From Sulfolobus monocaudavirus SMV1: a stretch of 20,479 bases of DNA. The stretch lies in sequence record NC_023585.1. The stretch is one strand, 5' to 3'. This document shows, one piece after another, positions 17,283 to 20,479 of this stretch; the stretch's first letter is position 1, and each line of letters starts with the position of its first letter. A program made the position numbers and the translations under genes. Under the pieces are notes generated by a model. That model was not told the origin of the DNA. It ran no database searches and worked only from the letters and a program-made list of their open reading frames with translations.

Positions 17283-18206
17283 ATGATGCGAATAAATGAT
17301 TATATAAAATTAAACGACACAGACCCAGAGAAGGCACTGTTGAAAGTAGATTACAATACTCTATTGCCTATGTTCGATAAATACTACACACAGGTGTATG
17401 AGGGCAATGTAAAGTTCATTGATTTTCCTTACATGGAGAAGCAGTACGTCGAACTCTCTAGAAAATATTACATGGAAGGTATTGCCGATTTAACAATACT
17501 AATGATGAGTACCATATATCAGATAGCGATAAACAGAAGAGAACATAAATTTGAAAAAATAAGACCTGTCCCCATCGATACAGGTCAGACGACGATCATC
17601 AGCGGGGAGGCTAGGGGAGGGAAATCTTCATTAGCGTTATGGCTTGCGTACGCGTTATATGGTGATTGGGATGTTGCTATCGCACATATTATCATCGATC
17701 CCCTACAACTTGACGATTTGATTGAGGCGATGAAAACATATGGCATAAACAAAATCCCGATTATAATTATTGACGATGCCGGTATAGGTTTTGGAAAGCA
17801 GGTAGGGAAAATGGATAGACTGAGGCTTGAGAAAATACATAAATATGCACAAACGTGGGCAATAAAATTCAGTAACGTGCTAATGACTATACCGTCAGAA
17901 ACACGATTGTCCGGTGTGCTGATGAAAGCTATGCCATCATCATATGCTATAACAGTAGAACCACGAACAATGACGACATCCGAAGCACACGTATACAAAA
18001 ACGTTGTCAACGTTGCTGGGAAATTACTAAAAACTAAACATACGCTTAGAGATTATAATAGTATTAACGTTGGGCTTATACTAAAGAATGAGCTGAAAAA
18101 GAAGTACTCGCATATAGTGTATACACCAAGGCTAATGCCAGACGACGCTTACGTGAAATATAAGCAACTCAGAGAAGACTATCTATACATTATCGCGAAG
18201 ATGTGA
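17283..18206 (+). CDS. P-loop NTPase, virus/plasmid-type
   Basis: TTIISGEARGGKSSLALWLAYAL (Walker A) and IPIIIIDDAGIGFGKQ (Walker B). Confidence 0.85.
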   Translation: MMRINDYIKLNDTDPEKALLKVDYNTLLPMFDKYYTQVYEGNVKFIDFPYMEKQYVELSRKYYMEGIADLTILMMSTIYQIAINRREHKFEKIRPVPIDTGQTTIISGEARGGKSSLALWLAYALYGDWDVAIAHIIIDPLQLDDLIEAMKTYGINKIPIIIIDDAGIGFGKQVGKMDRLRLEKIHKYAQTWAIKFSNVLMTIPSETRLSGVLMKAMPSSYAITVEPRTMTTSEAHVYKNVVNVAGKLLKTKHTLRDYNSINVGLILKNELKKKYSHIVYTPRLMPDDAYVKYKQLREDYLYIIAKM

Positions 18207-18258
18207 CATAAGCAAATGTATCCGCACTTCTATAGATACAAACGGTAGTTTAACAGTT

Positions 18259-19218
18259 TCAAAATATATGTTTTGTCACTCTGCTCGTTATCTCTCTTCT
18301 TCTCAATGGAAACTCAGTTGCGACAGCAGTTAGGACACCGTAAAGTACTCCCGCTACCCCAAAAAGCTCTTGGAAGAGTAAAGTCCACAGATAGATTCCA
18401 TAACTCACCTCGCCCAAGAAGACTGTTATACGACTAAGTACTTTAGGTGGGTTCAGAATAAGCAGGGCGAAAGCGGGCAATGATAAGTTGTACACAAGGA
18501 ACCTTGTCAAGAACTCATATACAAATTCATTAGATGAAAATACTAATGCAGTAAAAACATATTGGGCGCAAAGTATTAGTATGAAAAAATATTTGGCTTT
18601 TTTGGTTTGTTCGGCTTTCTGTTTCTTCTTCAAAAGGTAAGCAATTATCCCCCATCCGTAAGCCCCTAACCAAAATGGTGGCATGAAGTAAAGTAGATGA
18701 AACTCATTGTAGGGTAGGAAGACGATGAAGAGGCTATAGAAAAACGATATAAAAACCAATAAAACAGCTGTTTGAAACTTTGCTTTATCGTTCATTGCAT
18801 GAATGAAGGGGATAGCCAAGTACATCCATTCCTCCAACTGGAGAGACCAAAAGAGGTATTGAAAGGAAAACGGTGCAAAAACGAAGGAAACAAACGCAAA
18901 ATGCAGTATCAGGTCATAATATGTTACGCTTATATGGAATACGTATCTGTCAGCCAAGAATACTACGACGACGGCAAGGAAGTAAAGTGACCATATCCTC
19001 CTCACCCTCCTCTTGAAGTAATGAGGGAGTGAGGGGTTTGCATCCAGTCTATTTAGAAGGAGAAAAATTGACAATTCGAAAAATAATGGAACACCTAACC
19101 ATCCAGGGCGGAAAAGTAGAAGAGGAACTAGTTGAAGAGTCCATAGGTGATATAAAGCGACGGAAAAAGATGCGAAGAAACGTAACTGGGCTATTCGTGG
19201 GTCATACTTATTCATCAT
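18259..19218 (-). CDS. Acyltransferase family 3 membrane protein (OafA-like)
   Basis: RIAQLRFFASFSVALYHLWTLQ, GWLGVPLFFELSIFLLLNR, YFKRRVRRIWSLYFLAV, LEEWMYL follow the acyltransferase-3 pattern. Confidence 0.85.
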   Translation of the reverse strand: MMNKYDPRIAQLRFFASFSVALYHLWTLQLVPLLLFRPGWLGVPLFFELSIFLLLNRLDANPSLPHYFKRRVRRIWSLYFLAVVVVFLADRYVFHISVTYYDLILHFAFVSFVFAPFSFQYLFWSLQLEEWMYLAIPFIHAMNDKAKFQTAVLLVFISFFYSLFIVFLPYNEFHLLYFMPPFWLGAYGWGIIAYLLKKKQKAEQTKKAKYFFILILCAQYVFTALVFSSNEFVYEFLTRFLVYNLSLPAFALLILNPPKVLSRITVFLGEVSYGIYLWTLLFQELFGVAGVLYGVLTAVATEFPLRRREITSRVTKHIF

Positions 19219-19373
19219 ATTGACCTCCTTCCCGCCCTTTTCGACTTTATTTCTACTTCCAATCCACTCCTTAACTTAGCCGTGAAAGGGAACTTGTTTA
19301 ACGCCGTCTTGAACATTACATTTAACGGATTATCATATGCAGACATATACGCTTTAAACGTTTTGAAATCCAT
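19215..19373 (-). CDS. 52-aa small ORF (MDFKTFKAYMSAYDNPLNVMFKTALNKFPFTAKLRSGLEVEIKSKRAGRRSI) overlapping the acyltransferase start
   Basis: Below track cutoff; TGA overlaps the ATGATGA of the next gene, suggesting translational coupling; TATA ttttttaag upstream. Confidence 0.55.
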   Translation of the reverse strand: MDFKTFKAYMSAYDNPLNVMFKTALNKFPFTAKLRSGLEVEIKSKRAGRRSI

Positions 19374-19395
19374 GATCTTTATCTTGTGTATATTA

Positions 19396-19427
19396 CACTT
19401 AAAAAAAGGTGGTCAAACAGCTGTTTA
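19396..19427 (-). promoter_or_regulatory. Promoter with TATA-like element and upstream CAAACAGCTGTTTA (19414-19427)
   Basis: Same TATA-then-palindrome layout as upstream of 3047 and 8500. Confidence 0.6.
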
Positions 19428-19450
19428 TGAACTACCTCGCCCTCACGGAG

Positions 19451-19706
19451 GGGCTGAATCCTTTTTCACGTTGATAGAAATCTTTTTATATTTGTTTGTA
19501 ACAAACTTTTGTTAATAAATGATGATCTCTCACACCGATGTGGGCTATGCCCAAAAGGGTGGGAGTGATTACAGAGATGTGAGCCCCGTGCCGTTGGGCT
19601 CGAAGGAGTCCCATGACCCACCTATAAGGTGGTTGAGGGCTAAGTCCCTACACTCGATCATGAATGATCATAAAATGATTGAAATGAAAGTGTAGGGACA
19701 AACGGC
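19451..19706 (+). repeat. 256-bp repeat, copy B, inverted relative to 5628-5883
   Basis: See copy A; perfect reverse-complement identity. Confidence 0.97.
19519..19695 (+). CDS. 58-codon ORF inside repeat copy B
   Basis: Identical to 5639-5815; TATA-like tttttatatt at 19483-19492. Confidence 0.35.
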   Translation: MMISHTDVGYAQKGGSDYRDVSPVPLGSKESHDPPIRWLRAKSLHSIMNDHKMIEMKV

Positions 19707-19753
19707 GAGGTTTGCTGTTCGCTTTATAACACATAAAAACCGTTATTATAATC

Positions 19754-20103
<350 letters not shown>

Positions 20104-20170
20104 GTCGTTCATTTATCACAATAAACTTTTTTTTTAACTCTGCTCAAACATATGTTTAAGTGACTCCAAA

Positions 20171-20389
20171 TTGAACCCGTTTGCAGTATTCTTTATCGCA
20201 GTTTTTGTCCTAATACCGTTTCTATTGTTTATCATAGTTTTGGCAAACGACTTCACTGGTATATTTTTTAGCATAGATGGAAGTTCATTTACACCAATCG
20301 CAAATATTGTAAACTATATGTTGTGGGCATTCGTAATTTTGGCAATAGCTTTAGTTGCAGTCATGATTATCTACAGAAAATATACCTAA
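20171..20389 (+). CDS. Small protein with two transmembrane segments
   Basis: 72 aa (TTG start), FAVFFIAVFVLIPFLLFIIVLAN and ANIVNYMLWAFVILAIALVAVMIIY; TATA-like element at about 20127-20137. Confidence 0.65.
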   Translation: MNPFAVFFIAVFVLIPFLLFIIVLANDFTGIFFSIDGSSFTPIANIVNYMLWAFVILAIALVAVMIIYRKYT

Positions 20390-20479
20390 GCCAGGGAGGA
20401 GGTCAGATTCGATAATACATCTTCTGAAGAAGTGTTTGGAGTAGGATATGATATCGAATCCGCACTTGAAGATGCCGAA

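Noticed and set aside
17585-18010. 141-aa minus-strand ORF
   Set aside because: Antisense to the Walker A/B-containing P-loop ATPase.
19282-19515. 77-aa plus-strand ORF entering the 256-bp repeat
   Set aside because: Crosses a promoter region and is antisense to the better supported 52-aa coupled ORF.
20390-20479. Same frame stays open after the 20389 stop to the window end (EVRFDNTSSEEVFGVGYDIESALEDAE)
   Set aside because: Could suggest stop readthrough or a new gene, but no canonical start is visible near the SD-like tract and the window ends; undecidable here.

Overview
AT-rich window with compact, mostly small genes, archaeal TATA/BRE-type promoters and leaderless-looking starts. The gene content best fits a Sulfolobales virus or provirus: a MoxR-type AAA+ ATPase next to a very long low-complexity acidic protein, as in bicaudaviruses; a tyrosine recombinase; several ribbon-helix-helix (RHH) proteins; a P-loop ATPase; many orphan small proteins. 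This assignment is an inference from family knowledge; no database was searched. Main observations: (1) a palindrome family, CAAACA-NN-TGTTTG, occurs roughly once per kb in promoters, convergent intergenic gaps and coding regions, with the 10-mer AACAGCTGTT present nine times exactly. (2) A perfect 256-bp inverted repeat (5628-5883 / 19451-19706) carries its own TATA box, a 58-codon ORF below the ORF-track cutoff, and strong RNA stem potential. (3) An uninterrupted minus-strand ORF from 1275 to the window edge is absent from the ORF track and encodes an N-terminal domain plus at least 300 residues of Glu/Gly/Gln/Ser-rich repeats. (4) The protein at 12479-13357 looks like a degenerate TFB/TFIIB-like factor. 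(5) A GT-C-like glycosyltransferase, a sequon-rich secreted protein and an acyltransferase-3 suggest surface glycan modification. No rRNA, tRNA or CRISPR array was recognised.
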